Shown here: one piece after another, positions 12,296-27,217 of the stretch
How the letters are laid out: each line of letters opens with the position of its first letter
Numbering within the stretch: position 1 is the first letter of the stretch
NCBI GenBank assembly: GCA_964035545.1
Contig: OZ037768.1
Location: forward strand, 10,138,741 to 10,202,740
Length of the DNA: 64,000 bases
Reading direction: 5' to 3'
Origin: Bugula neritina
Taxonomy: Eukaryota > Animalia > Bryozoa
Made by a program: the position numbers and the translations under genes
The notes under the pieces: model-generated
The model's input: the letters and a program-made list of their open reading frames with translations, nothing else
Databases searched by the model: none
Told to the model about the DNA's origin: nothing

Positions 12296-15200
12296 ATGGA
12301 TTCATCTACTCCTGAAACGCCTCAAGTTTTTGACCTGCAAACAACTTCTAATCCAAGGTAAATGTATATACAAGGTAATAATAAATATTTATTTTCTTTT
12401 CATTGATTTACCCTTAATCAATTGGTTTGGGGAGTGATTAGCATTAGTTACTAGTTTACAAGTAAGAAGCTGTCAAATTGTTAATTTTGAACTGTGAATT
12501 GTAATACATTTTAGCAATGTAGGTAGGGCTGTTAGACATATATTATGAGTGGGATTGCCATGTCAAAAACTATCACAAAATTCTATGTATTGAGCGGCTT
12601 ACAACTACTATGCAACTTAAACCAGTTGCACAATAATGATTTGTTTTAAAGACTCAAGAAATTTTTTCCCAAAAATTGTGTGCGAGATAGATTTTTATTA
12701 TTGTGTTGAAATAAAAAAATTTGTAAGGAACAAAGGCAATTTATCTAAGAGTTATTCAATCGGTAATTGTTACTTTTAGAATATCATCTCTCATAGCTCA
12801 GTTTTCTCATCAATATGGAGGACAGCCTTCATATGTATCAAGAGCTCCTGGCCGGGTAAATCTTATAGGTAAGCTGTCTCCTTTTATTCTACTCAAATTA
12901 AATTTGAATTTTAAAAGTTAATGAATTTTCCCTTACCAGTTTCGGCTTCTTTGGAGCCCACTAAAGCAAGTGCAAATATTAGAAATAGGTAAGTTGTTAA
13001 TTATCTTATAAGATTGTTAATCATGTTAATCTGCTAAGTTTAGGGAAAGCCATTAGTCATTGTCACATTTGACTCACTAGTATTTGTTTAGCCTTAGAAC
13101 ACCTAGTACATTAAAGTATTTTGAATTTAGTTAGCAATAAATTGATGCTAGATTTTGACTATTTTTGTATTTCAAGCTATTCTAAAATATTCTTAGTTAC
13201 TCTACATTTAAACTGTTGAAAGATGTGTTGAAAAAAAACTATATTAATACTAAGAGTGCGTTTTAGGTGAGCACATAGATTACATGGGTTATGGAGTACT
13301 ACCAATGGCAATTGAGCAAGATGTCATGATAGCTGCCAGAAGAAATGACTCATTGATTATAAAAATTGCCAATGTCGATCAAAAATACAAGTTAGTGTCT
13401 TGCAATAGGTTCAATTATGATAATTTGATATTGAAAAAAAAATTATTTTAATAATTTGTTGAGAGTTAGCTTCTATTAGTGCAAAAGAACTTGGACTGGT
13501 TTTGAAGGGCTTGTCCAACAAGTCTCCAATTGTTACTAAGGTTTATTTTAGTTTCCTAATTTTTAAATTGTGCACTAACCTATTTTTTTAAATGTTTATA
13601 AACTGTAAAAAAAATCACTTTTTAAATATGGTAAAAGCTGTCTTCTGGTCTAGGAAAAATTTACACCTAATTTAGAATGAAAAATATTTTCTGATGACTA
13701 ATATAAATTTTGTAGATGAAATAAGCGGAATGAAAAAATTATTTTAGGCCTATGCTACTTAAACAGCTATAAATTGTTTATCTTTGGAACAACTTTTGAA
13801 ATAATGTAGTTTCATGGAGGTCATTGTAGTTATTGATTGCCAATTAAGTAGCATATTTTTGTGAAAAAACTGCTTTAATAAAGTGCTATGGTTTTTTGTG
13901 TTCTAACTTCACACATTTTTCTTTATCAAAACATTAAAAAGACAGCGAATGGAGTCTTCACATGATACTTTCTTGCATTTGAGTATTTGGAGGAGTACTA
14001 ATTTAAATTGTAGTGATTGCAAAATTAATTTTGGAAATTTTGAATATGCATAATACAAATTTTTGATTGCATTTAAAAGACATGTTTGACACTTCTAGGC
14101 CATACGAATGCTCAGCAAATGTGGACAGTAGTTTCATAGATTCGTCTGCTCCTCAATGGTACCACTACTTCCTTTGTGGTTATCTTGGCATTTTGGAAGT
14201 TCTCCAACAAAGAGGTGGGCTGGAAACTGCTAATTTTGGAATGGATATAATGGTTTGTGGAAGAGTACCTCCTAGTGCTGGCCTATCTAGTTCAAGTGCT
14301 TTGGTTTGCTCTTCTGCCCTTATAACTTATCAACTCCTTTCACAGATTTCTTTAACAAAGGTCAGTATTGTTTGTGTTTTAATTTTGTATAGCAATATTT
14401 GCTATAAATTGACTAACTGAAGAGTTAGTATCTAATAAAACTAATCACATGTAGGCAGAGATGGCGCAAATCTGCTGTGATTGTGAAAGATATATCGGAA
14501 CTCAAGGTGGAGGAATGGATCAGGCTATATCATTCTTGGCTGAAAAGGGTTATGTGAGTATAATTTATAAATGTTTCCTAGAAGATTCTGTACCGATCCT
14601 CTCTATTACTGAGTGTTGCTAAGTATTATTATTATACCTTAGGTTGAAAATGTTTTGAGCATATATTTTAATAAATATAACATAATTTTTATATTTTAGT
14701 TTATGATATTTTGCTGAAACTAATGAATATAATTAAAATCAAGAAAATATTTTACATTTTATGTTTTGGCCCAGTAAGAAACTAGATTGTACTCAAGGCT
14801 ATTATGAAACAGTTGCTCTTGGTCTCTACAACACTTTCAGCACTGGATAAGTACCAGTGAGATGTACAAGGTTACTTTTGTTTACTATCAAGTCTTGTTT
14901 CAGGCTAAGGGAATAGATTTTGATCCAATCAGAGCTTGCGATGTTATTTTGCCAAAGGGCTACGAATTTGTCATCAGTCACTGTTTGGCCGAGATAAATA
15001 AAGCTGCCACTTCAGATTTTAACCAGAGAGTTGTAGAATGCAGGTTGGCTTGTCAGGTAATTTTTATAATGATTTTGCTTAATCAGTATGCCTAGTCATT
15101 GCATGAAATCTCTGTGTTAAATTTGGATGCTGCGATACAAGTTAATGGGAGACAAATATTAAATTGTAGTTCAAGCTGTTTTTGTAATATTTGCAAAATA

Positions 15201-17000
15201 TCATACAAAATAGGCATCATGCAATTTTAATTGGCTTTCTTCATTATTAGTTTGTAAAATCATGAATTTGCATAGAATTTTTATTGTTTTATTTGTTTGT
15301 TGAAGTATTTTTTCAGACTAAGGCTACATACTGAAATCTATAAGATAGGTATTGCATTTAAAGTTTTTCTCTCTTGTGTGGGTTTATAGTTTTCGTCACT
15401 ATAAGAACCTCTGATGGAAAATGTTTTTAATCAAGCTAAAGACTTGTTTTTTATTATGACTGATTGACTTGAAATTTCTTTCAGGGTTATTCTTAAACAA
15501 TTTTAGTGTATGGCTAAGCAGTTGGGTTTGCAATGGAAAGGGCTAAGAAAGCTGGGTGATCTTCAAGTACAGCTGAAGAAGACTCTCAAAGAGATGTTAG
15601 ATTTGGTTGATGAACTTATTCATTCTAATCCATATAGCAAGAAGGAGATTTTAGAGCTACTAGAAGTTGATGAGGAGCAGCTTATGACTACAAGTCTCAG
15701 CTCCAACACTGCACACTGTAAGTCTACATGCAGCTCAAGTCTGCTGCTTATTTTATATCTTTGCCAAACAGTTTACCGATTTCTGGTTGCTGTAGTTTGC
15801 ACGTGCAAGATCAACTAATTGTACAAGTTGGATTATATGAACTATTGGCACTGTGATATTTAAAGCTTTTAGTCAGTTGCCATTTATGTGGTATTTATTT
15901 TTTAGATTTAATCCAGTAGTCAAATTCAGTGGATAAATGTCATTTTACAATTTTTCATGATTTGCTGGGAAACGGGTTCAAGTACTAATGCTGATGAAAA
16001 TTGCTTCAAGATTATATAAAATTAATCATATGAAATTTTCGAAAAAAATTAATTTCTAATTTATTGAATCCAAATTATCATTTAGCTAATATCTTATATT
16101 TATTTTTATTTTTTGTTTAAATAAGTTTAGCAAAAATTTTAATTTACTGTTTTACACTGACATGCTATTGTTATTCATCTCTTTTTATTTTCAGTAACAC
16201 ACTTCAAGTTGTATCAAAGAGCTAAGCATGTGTTTTCTGAGGCATGGAGAGTGGAGGAATTTAAAAGACTAAGTTGTACGCCAGAAGTTGATGCTAACAG
16301 ATTGGGAGAGTTGATGAATGATAGTCATGTGTCTACAAGAGACATCTATGAGTGTAGTCATCCTGACCTTGACATGCTGACTGACCTTTGCCGGTCAGTG
16401 TCATTTCTTGCATTATAGTAATGTTTAAATTGGTGTTCCGTGTAAAATCTAATGCTCACCTTTCACCGCCATGCCCTAATCGGGTGGCGGGTACCGTATA
16501 AAATCTAAAGACTTGATTAAATTGTATGTTTATACTCGTATTTATTGTTGACCATCATTTATTGTGTTAATTCGGCTGATTATTATTAAAAGAAGATGTA
16601 AATTATTTTAGTGAAACTGTAAACATGAATGCAGTCACTGTCGTTGCAACAATTATTCGACAAAAACCACCTCGCTATTGATAGCTAGTTTAAAAGGAGC
16701 CAATTGGCTACAGTCGTGTGACTTCAGCTCCCTTGTATTTTAGATTGTGGTTTACTATCTTTTTGCTTGGACTCCAAATCGTTTTATTATTGCAGAAAAA
16801 ATGGGGCTATAGGATCTAGATTGACTGGTGCTGGATGGGGTGGTTGTGCAGTGTCTATGGTCCCTCAAGATCTTGTCAACAGTTTTATGCAGACTATTAG
16901 CACCGAGTTCTATACAGCAGAGAGACTCAAAGGCAAAGACATTGATCAAGTCTTCTTTAAAACAACCCCTGCTTCAGGAGCCTGTGTGTACAAATGTTAA
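12296..17000 (+). CDS. GALK2: N-acetylgalactosamine kinase (galactokinase 2); 9 exons: 12296-12357, 12780-12868, 13267-13390, 14099-14360, 14455-14553, 14904-15056, 15507-15717, 16195-16393, 16796-17000; ~467 aa
   Basis: Galactokinase signature [20 protein letters not shown]-loop [69 protein letters not shown]; all introns GT-AG and phase-consistent. Confidence 0.95.
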
Positions 17001-18399
17001 ATTCCTTATTGATGATGTCACATAAACGAATACAACTGGAAGCTAAATGCTTTTTACTATTAATCCATTATTCTGGACTACCCTTAGTGGAGGCAAACTA
17101 TAGCGTCAGTTTGAATAGCTTTTTTATTTTATCACAAGTACGATTTAGAAATACAAGATACATTTTAGGTATATGCTAATTATCCCTGAGGAAAACAATG
17201 ATGTATATTGAATTATAGTAAAATAATATTATTCTGATAAGATCGTCAGTAAAAGTATGTGATATTCAAGAGTATTGAAAACATCAATAATATTTTCTAA
17301 GCTTATGCTTTTTTTGTATTTTTATTTTCCAAACAAACACATTGTTCATATACTGTATGCTGTATGCATGAATTATTACTGAAGATGACCAGTTTATGTT
17401 ACATCTACTTCAGCTTTTTTTAAGAAATAATGGACTATATTATGTTTCTAATTTTTTTGACTGTTTAAGCTAACTATTATGTTGGCATTCCTTCATCAAT
17501 GTTTTGATAAAATTATGGCATTCCAGCATCTTTTTCTTTCAATTTTACAAAATAACATAAGTTACTAAAATATGAGTTGCATTTCAGCCTAACCCGTACA
17601 CTGTACACCTGTGCATGTAGCTATTTAAAGCTTACAAGTTGCACTTGGGATAGAATCTTACACAAACTTACTGATCATCTTAGTCTATTAAAATGCACAG
17701 AGCATTTTATTTTTAAAATACATAATGAATATTTTAATGTTGGGAAGCAGTAGCAGTCACTTTGTTGGCAATGAAAGTCTAAAAATACTTTCCTTCATAT
17801 TAAGCTTTAGCATGCAGGTGTGTCAAAATCAAGGACAGGTGCGCAAGAATCATAGGCAGCACTCAGCAGTAAAATTCGATTCAACTGTGCAGATTATTGG
17901 TGTGGGTATCAAATTATGACAATATTATGTCATCAATATAAATAAACATTGTACATCAGCAATCCTGCTAGATTATGAAGCAGTACTATAATCTTCAATA
18001 CGAGTTGTCATCTCCAAAAAAGGCTGTTCACAGTGTCAGCAGGCTGAGAGGCAAATTTTGCAGTTTGCTAATTAAGCATTAATTCTAAATTGACAATTTG
18101 ATATTTTTTGATCGCAATACTATGCAGTGTAAGAAAAATGATACGATGAAGAGTATTTTATTTCGTCACATACTGGTTGTGGGGGCAAGAAAATACATCG
18201 CAATATCTGTTTCCGGTCGGTTTAAACACTCGGCACTCAAGTTCAAGAGCCGTGTATTTTTTCTTTGATAAGTTGTTGTTGTACGGTTGTAATTGATTAC
18301 TTTCACCTCTCTTCGTTACTAGTTATCTTTATTTGGTGCAAAGGTTTTGCGCTAATCAACTAATAAAGACAAAAAACGAGGTTATAAATTCAGCAATTG

Positions 18400-18900
18400 A
18401 AAATTGAAGCTCAGGTTATCTTCACCTTCACCTTGCCAACTGGAACTCTGAGTCAAGTTTAGACAGTAATTTAGAGCTTTAACTCAAGCTTAAGGTTCAA
18501 GTACCTTTCAATTTAACCTTTCGACAAGAGCATCACAGACCCAGCTACTAAGTGTTACCATCAAAATCGCCATGGTTTGTAAAATTAAACTATAAGTGAA
18601 AGTAAAACTAAGTCATTCAATTTCATTTAATTTTATTCAATATCTTGTCAGAATGCTTGTACTTGTAGTAATACTATTAGTATTACTAATATTTAATGCT
18701 ATATTTAATGATAATATTATAGTTATACTTATACTTATAGTAACAATAATGGCGATAGCGTTAATGTATAAATAAGCTATAGTTATATTTCTCATTCATC
18801 ATTAATGATGATTAACAGATTAAATTTAATCCTAAGCCTTATGTGAACGTCAATAATGACAATGATTAAACACTTATGACTTAAAATATGGCTTGATCAT
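18400..18900. repeat. Phase-locked degenerate hexamer tract around the first coding exon of ARPC4
   Basis: ttcaccttcaccttgcc; aactataagtgaaagtaaaactaagtc; agtaatactattagtattactaat; agttatacttatacttatagtaac. Confidence 0.7.
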
Positions 18901-20915
18901 CATTATTACTTTATGAATAAATAAAATTATAATTATTTAATAAAATTTTAGGCAAGAGAATAAAAATTAAACTTGCATAAAATGGAAATTGAATAAAGTA
19001 CATGATAAGCTGCCTACAATTGACTCCAACATTATTTTGATGTGTTGTTGAACTGTAATTAGAATAAAACCTATCGTTATTACAATAGACTGTCTATTAC
19101 TCACTGATTCAAGTACATGTAATGTTTCTTTTCACAATTGCTTCAAAATAATCATTGACAATTGTCCTTTATCTCTAGCCACTATTCAAATACATTAGGT
19201 GTCATTGACAAACTCAAATTTGTTTAGTCTCTAGGACTTGCTTCAAAATATCAAACGAGTAAGTATGACTGGATGCCCTTCCTGAATTCACCATTAGCCC
19301 AGCTGGCATTAAAACCCATGACACTAGGCCAGCGCTTCAACCATGAAATCATTGCTGTTTATTTGGTGCCATTACTGACATTTTTTGTTGAAATAGACTC
19401 AATTTTTTCTTTCAATATTTATAGGGTTTCCGTTTTATTTACTCTGCTGCCTGTTCCTTGGTAATTTTTGTATTACCAAGGAACAGGCAGCATTGAAAAC
19501 ATTTGTATGTTTTTCATTTAATTTTTGCTCACAATTAGTAGAAGCTACACTAGTTTTCTTTTGACCATCACCTATCTAATTAGTTTCTTTTTATTGTAGT
19601 CGACAACTTTGAAACCATATCTTACTGCTGTAAGAAATACACTTACTGCCGCCATGTGTCTTGAAAATTTTTCGTCACAGGTTGTAGAGCGCCACAACAA
19701 GCCAGAGGTGGAAGTCAAGTAAGACTATGTACTCTAATTTAAGATCTATGCTATGTTTAATCACTAATGGTTTTGTTTGTATTATATATATGTTGTGATA
19801 ATAACTCATGGTTTTGTGTATTAATTAATTTGAAGTCTCAATGATAAAGTTTTAAAGTAGTACTTGCATACATACCATTAATTATTGTAACTATACCCTT
19901 GGCTAGTTTTGGAATCAGGACATCTCTCTGTCTCTAGACATACAGAGCAATTTTGTTTGAGGCTGTCAAATTGCAATATAATTTTTACTATATAAGAACT
20001 CATATTGCAGGACAAGCAACGAACTGTTGCTTACTCCGGTTGTTGTTAGTCGGAATGAGAAAGAGAGAGTGTTAATTGAGGGTTCAGTTAATTCACTTAG
20101 AATTAGTATATCCATAAAGCAGGTTAGTAAATAACTACATATACTCCTAATCTAGTAAATCTTAATATTTGAAGTATATGAAATTAGATAGAATAAAAAG
20201 CAAATGCATACTTACTACACTAAAACTGGGTATTTGATCTAGATTTGAGAAATGCATCAATGTGCAGTAATAGTAATATGTTCAGCCTGAGATTTAAACT
20301 CAATCGAAATTTTTATTCTGCTAGTAATATTTTGTATCTTATTCTTCCAACCATTTGATGTTACAGGCAGATGATCTTGAGAAAATTCTGTGTCATAAGT
20401 TTACTAATTTTATGACTCAAAGGGCAGAGCACTTTACCATTATGCGACGGAAACCTATAGCGGTATGTATAAATTTGAATCTGCTCTTATTATCGCATGA
20501 AATAGTGCTAAGGTTGTATTTAGTTTCAATCTTGTTACAAAAGTTAGTATACGAAATTGAGTTGGACAAGTTGCTAACATGCCATTTTAAGTTTTTATAT
20601 CACTATTAAAGAGGCATGATTTAAATCGGAATTTTTGTTCTTGATCTTTTCAGTGAGTATTAAATGGGTTTTAGACCCGTTTTGCATTTCCATTTATCAT
20701 GGCCATTCACATATTACATAAGGATGTTTATTTTATAGGGTTATGATATTAGCTTCCTGATTACAAATTTTCACATGGAACAAATGTACAAACATAAACT
20801 AGTAGATTTCATAATCAGCTTTATGGAGGAGATCGACAAAGAAATAAGTGATTTGAAGTTATCTGTCAACACTCGGGCTAGAATATGTGCTGCGGAGTTT
20901 CTCCAAAGATTTTAA
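18572..20915 (+). CDS. ARPC4: Actin-related protein 2/3 complex subunit 4 (p20-Arc); exons 18572-18574 (ATG only), 19600-19718, 20011-20122, 20367-20462, 20739-20915; 168 aa
   Basis: [124 protein letters not shown]; GCCATG|GT first exon. Confidence 0.96.
19445..19492. repeat. Perfect 21-bp inverted repeat with a 6-nt loop in ARPC4 intron 1
   Basis: TGCTGCCTGTTCCTTGGTAAT-ttttgt-ATTACCAAGGAACAGGCAGCA. Confidence 0.9.
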
Positions 20916-21773
20916 CCTTTTATGCAGTTGCCATCCAAGTTCCCTCCTTATTTCCTTGCTTGATTACAGCTGATGTTCGTGATTTATTTTTTTTTAAGTT
21001 TTAGGCATTTAGACATGAAAGTTACCTCATTTGAGGTTATTGGCTTCATTGCATAACATGCTTCTTCAGTTACCAAAGCATTTTCATGCCAGTAAATTTA
21101 CATACGCTAAAAGAAGTCGCAGCAAATAGCTCAGCTAAAGTATGCTCAAGAGCTATGTTGTAGCCGGATATTGCCAAGTACTAGACAATAAATTGCTCAT
21201 TTGGTAGTCAAATTTTCATCTTATAATTATGTACATTTTAGCCAAAACGCTCTAGAAAATAATTCTGAAACCTTTTCCTTAAGTAATAGGTTTTTTACTG
21301 TAGAGTAATGATTTTTTAGAGTATTGCTTTGGTTACTTTTTGATTTTAGTCCCATTTTGTTCAGTTGACAATAATTCTCAAATCGTCAATGGTTTTGTAC
21401 TTAGTATTGTCCATGGCTCAACATCATTACATATTTAAGTTATAAACGAATGTTTTTTTTCAAGTTTGCCCTAATCAAATTATTGTTTCCATATAGAAAA
21501 TGTAGCACTAAGAATAACTAAAACACTACTGTTCCCTGTTTTTTTTACAACTAAATAAATGACTGAAAAGTTACATAATTGTATTCACATTAAAATAATA
21601 AAAAAATATTTTAGCATTCAACTATAATAACTAACTTGGCCTAAATATTATAAAAAGTTGACATATAAATGAAACATGCTATGCTCCAAAATTGGAGCTT
21701 TGGTTTGCCATATTAATATGTATAACAAATCATGAGTACTAAAAACATTGAATGCATGGAAATACAAGATTGT

Positions 21774-24700
21774 CTAATTGGGAAAAACCACGTTGAGCAC
21801 TCGCATAGCCATCTCATATCCAAAGAAACAAGCCTGCAAAATAAAAATGGCTTAAGTTAAGACATGCCATCAGATGAAAGTCTAGTACATAAGCATTAAA
21901 AATCACATTTTCTTAGTCGACTAAAAGTTCATGTGATGCAATGTGTTATAGCATCACGTAAAATCATGACAAAAACCAGCTAGCAAGTGATGAGAAAATG
22001 ATTGTATTACTTTTTGCCATAAAATGCAAACATGGCTGAAACATAATATTCTTGGTAGTTTAGTCAAATTTTGAATTAAAACTGATATTGTGGAAGAAAG
22101 TTACTCACAGCATTGGCTGGGAATGCTCTTACGAGAACAGGAGTGAGTCCCTTAAATAATCCTTTTGGTCCACTTTCCCTCATGATCTCGGCAAATACAC
22201 CCCGGAGACCATTTTTATAAGTGCCCTCAGGTGCTAAAATAAAGTACATGTATAATACTGGTAGTACTGATACAACACAAGATGGTGGTATATACTTTCA
22301 TTCTCTAATTGATCATCAAAGCTATTAAACTGGAACTCTAAAAATATTGCGTCGTAACTGAATTATAACTTACTAAGAACAATGAAATAAGGGTTATATT
22401 TCGACCTACCAGTTTGATACCTAGACTTCAACGTGTCTGGAACTATGGCCACTACCCAGTTACATATACCAGTAAGCCCACCACATGTTAGCACTATACC
22501 AGGATTCAAATCTTTTCTCCTGGAACGACAATAACGAATTAAGGCTGTTATAACTTAAACTAATTAACTATGTCACATGATTTTAGTATTTTGAGGCAGG
22601 TGTGAAATACCATCAGCCTAAAATCCTCATAAATTGATCAAAATGATATTCTTTAGTCACAAACTACTCACGCTTTGTTTTGGTACTCCGAAGCTTTAAG
22701 CAACAAAGTTTCATATACTGCGAAATATACACCACTAGCTGGCACATCTGAAACAAACAGAACATTAAAAGCAACTGTCCAAATTCAAAATATGAATAAA
22801 AGGTTCATATCCTTTACTCACAAAGTATTCGTATCCTACGTGAAAACAATTTACATCAATGTATCATAAAAAGTACTAAAATGGAAGACCATAAAATCCC
22901 AACAAAACTTTGGTCCCTTTAAATTATGTTGGTGTAGTAGAAAGACATACAAGCATTGTCATTTTCAAAAAAAATTTAACTCAAACTTGGGTTATTATGT
23001 GGTTTCCTAAAAACTTAGAACCCCACACATATGATAACTCCAAAAAATAAGCAGGAAGTCAAACGTAGGCAAAATATACCATTTGGTAACAGCGCAATGC
23101 TAGAAGAATTTACAAAAATCTACCTTACTCTAAATATGGTTGAAATGATCATCATAGTTTTGTGATGCTAGAAAATCTGTGTGAAATATGCTGGCAGCTC
23201 ACCAAGGTTATAAATATAATTTCAATGAAGTACAAGATAATGAAAGTTTATTGAAATTATTACTAATATAAAACATGAACTGTGTGAAAGATATATGGTT
23301 ACTACCAGCAATAAAATGTGGATGCTGAAAGAGCTTTCTTTGTAATTTACTCCAATTATCAATCCAGTCTCAATTTTCAATATTTCTCACAACAATGTTG
23401 CAGAAACACCTAGTAACTTTACCTCTTAAAAGAGTTGCAGCAGTTCCCTTGTATACACTCCTAATGCCACCAGTTTTATACAGCTGCTTAGCGCAGTCCA
23501 TGGGGCCGGCATACTTCTTAGTACCAGAATCTGCCTGGATTTGCAGTAGGCATTTGATTCTTTCACCAGGAGCCATAATCACTGTGGTGGCTAATCCAGC
23601 GAGACACCCAGCGTTGAATAGCTGCAGGGTGCTAAAACCAAGTTACTATAATAGTTGAAGACTCATTGCAAGTGGTGCAGTGTCTACTAGTACGTCAAAT
23701 AGACATATAAGCTACTGCCCAAATACGTAGAAACTATTGTGAATTTATATCCATGTAGATGTGCAAACCAAGATATTCACAAAAATTATAACTGCAAAAT
23801 GTCATTATGCTGATAATAGCCTTGCCTATAAGTGTGTGATTTTCACTTTGATTGTCAGTTACAGTTCATATTAGTCCCACTGAGACGTATTCAATGAACT
23901 ATAAATAGCACACAAGATAGAAAGTGTATTAAATGTCTGCAGTCTCTACTATTTAACTTTATCTTTATGTATACCTAAAAGGTCATTACATTCACATTAC
24001 ATTCACCGGTCAATGGGTCAACTACATAGATATTATATAAAAGGCTGTAAAGCTATGGCAGGCTAGAATACTAAAACTTCACAACCAATTGTCAAACTTG
24101 TCAGATGCAAGAAGCAGAAAGTGAGAGTCCTTAGAAGTGGTTGAAGAATAAATTATCTTTACTATTACTATTACTCATATTATATAAATTATCAACGTTT
24201 TAGCACCAATATACACTAACTAGTCTAGGTAGATAAAACAAATATAAAAAATGACTGAATGAACTGATGTACTTTGCTAAAACATACTGTTTTCAATTAA
24301 TCTAGGAACAAGATTTCAAAAACTAGATTTACATTGTAATTTAGACATAAGACTAATTCTGTTTCAGGTATACACCTCTACAAATGGTCTTTATGTAAAA
24401 ATGAGGATTACCTGAGTGCATCATCTTCATGTTTCTGTTGCAACTTTTTACCAATGCCAAATCCTAAAAAGCACACCGCATACATTGGTGTAACGCCAAT
24501 AATTGGTGCAGCCATTCCCTTGTACAAGCCTTTGAAACCCTTTAACCAAGAAGAAACAACATACATTAACAAATTTCATAGATTTACTAGATCAGTGACG
24601 ATGCACCACTCATTTCAAGATTATTATATCTCATTAAATGAGCTCACAATTGGACAACTTCTACTAAAAATTAAAGCTTGTTTACTACCTCCTTAGCAAC

Positions 24701-25001
24701 TGTTTTTCTGGCACAATCCATAAGCCCAGCATAATTAGGTTGTTGACCAGGTTCTGGCTTAGGCTGCGTCTGTAACCTGACCTGTTAAGTACATTACAAT
24801 TATCAGAACTTACCATGTATTACAGTACAAATGCATGCATGAATGCTTCAGATTCATTGCATGATTATTTATAATTAAACGTTATATAGAATAACTGCAT
24901 ACCTTGATGGTGTCTAATGGATGACCAGAAGCCACCAGACACATACCACCAAATCCACCAGCAAAGAAGTTTTTTGTAGGACTAACTTTATTATCAGACA
25001 T
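21774..25001 (-). CDS. SLC25A20: Mitochondrial carnitine/acylcarnitine carrier (colt/SLC25A20); exons 25001-24903, 24781-24689, 24539-24412, 23631-23423, 22747-22672, 22519-22410, 22233-22109, 21833-21774; ~299 aa; non-coding first exon probably ends at 26355
   Basis: [115 protein letters not shown]; three PX[DE]XX[KR] carrier motifs. Confidence 0.95.
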
Positions 25002-25389
25002 GTTCAGTTTTTGTAGATAAATAAGCACCTACAATACATAGTACCAAGAAAACTTCAATATTTATTTTCATCTCAAATATATATTAGAAATCTTCATACA
25101 AAACAAAGAGCTGCACTTTGCAACCAGTTATGAGTCCCCAAACTGGTATTCTCTTAATTTGATTTTATTTTAGGTAAAAGAGAACTTTACATTGAGCCAA
25201 ATACTAAAAAGATAAATTTGAAATTAGTAATAAAGTAAACTAATCTTATGAAATATCAACTTATGGCGGGAGAAACAAAAATTAAACGTAGACAACAAGT
25301 TGGTTTGAGTTAAAATAGGAAACTGTGTTTTCAATAGTTTCACATTACTGGACCACCCAGCCTAAGCAAAGTCCAAGTTCCTTTTCATA

Positions 25390-26290
25390 ATTAATATCAG
25401 TATTACTATCATCGATATGATATATGCTTTATACTTATAGTGATTCAGATTACTAATAGTGATTAGAGATTATCATTATGATTATTATTATTATTAGACT
25501 TAGATCAGGTAAGCTATAACATTAACTATAGCTTTTAACTACAAGACTAACTAACTCTAAGCATTACATTTGATTTACAATTACTATAACATTAACTATA
25601 ACTTTAACTCATAAATAATAGTATAGTTACTGTAAGTATTATACTTATACTCATAGTAAATGTAATACTAATAGTAATTGTTACTAAAGTAAAAGTCATG
25701 CTCATAGCAATACTCATAAAATTAAATCATAATCATAATGAATAAATAATAATTATAATTATATTAAATTTAATACTTATAGTTATACTAATACTAACAC
25801 GGTATTAATAATAGTAATAGTTATGGTAAAGTTACAATTATACTCATACACATTGACATACTGATACTCATACTGATAGTGACACTCATTGTCATACTTA
25901 TACATTAACATAATACTACCACTATCAGTGATAATGATAGGGAAACTGTCACTATGACATTGAGTCACAATGACACTGACTGTGACAGTATGAGTATGAC
26001 CCTGACTAGTAGTACTAGTAGTGTAATAGTAGTAATAGTACTACTACTACTCTACTAGTAGTAGTAGTACTACTAGTAGTACTTAGTTTAACAGTAACAG
26101 TGACACTTTACTACGTCTAATAGTAGTACTAGTGTTAGTAACACTATCAGAACCAATATCCGTATCACTATGACTAACTCACTTACAGTTACAGTTAGTA
26201 ACTGTAAGTGTAAGACTTAGACTAAAAGTAAAAGTAAAAGTAAAACTAAAAGTGAGTAAAAGTAAGTGTAAGTCAAAGTGAAGCCATGGG
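25390..26290. repeat. Phase-locked degenerate hexamer tract in SLC25A20 intron 1
   Basis: catactgatactcatactgatagtgacactcattgtc; gacagtatgagtatgaccctgactagtagtactagt; actaaaagtaaaagtaaaagtaaaactaaaagt. Confidence 0.85.
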
Positions 26291-26904
26291 TTTGGGAGAA
26301 TACAAAACTTTTCGTGTTTTTAATAATATAAAGTTCAAAATAAGCAACTTTTACCTTACTTAAACACTATTATAATAATTATTATACTAAATATAAAGAT
26401 TAAGATATGCTCAAAATTAATTTTCCAGCAGACCGATGTTGCAGGTACTGTAACTACATAATAGTATTATTATAAGAAAAATAGAAAAAAATGCGTAGTT
26501 TGATAAGCTGTGTGGGCAAAGTCCAACTTTGCAAGCAAATTCAAAGATCGTTTAATAAATCGGTAATAAAAATACATTTTACGATTACTATTTAAAATAA
26601 AATTAGTTGAGAATAAACAGCAATTCCACTTCTTGATGCAATCAGCAGCTTCCGTCACCACAAATTACAAAATCAAGCCGAATTTTGACTGCCACAGCAA
26701 ATGCAATTAACTTGCAACTTATATCAATATTAATATGTAGTTAATCAAATAGTCACTTGTTTTACGGTGTCGGTTATGTCTTTATTAATATTACACAGAA
26801 CCCAAATAACTAGTTACAAGAATAATGTTTATTGAAAGCAGCCATCTCATCTAATCTGCCTCAAAGGGTCAACAGTGGAAGTTGAACTTGCACTTGAAGG
26901 GTAC

Positions 26905-27180
26905 GTATAATAAATTTTAAATTTAATATCAAATATACGTTAAGTATTATTATATCACGCTGATCTGTCTCACGGAAAATTATATAATAATTGATTAATA
27001 TTATAGCAGTATTGAATATAAATATTAATATTAAATTCAATGTTGATATATTAATTATATATTCAATTTTATATCGAACAATAATTATAAATTTATTAAT
27101 TTGATAATAATAATAATTATTATTATGAATATAATATTTGCATATTGCATAGTCATATGCTTATCTCTATGGTTATGTCT
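26905..27180. repeat. AT-only variant of the periodic tract on the divergent side of the SLC25A20 promoter
   Basis: taaattttaaatttaatatcaaat; aatataaatattaatattaaattcaatgttgatat; follows a GAAGG|GTACGT donor at 26900. Confidence 0.5.
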
Positions 27181-27217
27181 TTTAACCCTTTATTTTTAGG
27201 ATAAAACCACGGGCGCG

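Noticed and set aside
18572-18574. ATG-only first coding exon of ARPC4
   Set aside because: Real, but a known conserved feature of ARPC4 gene structure, so not novel.
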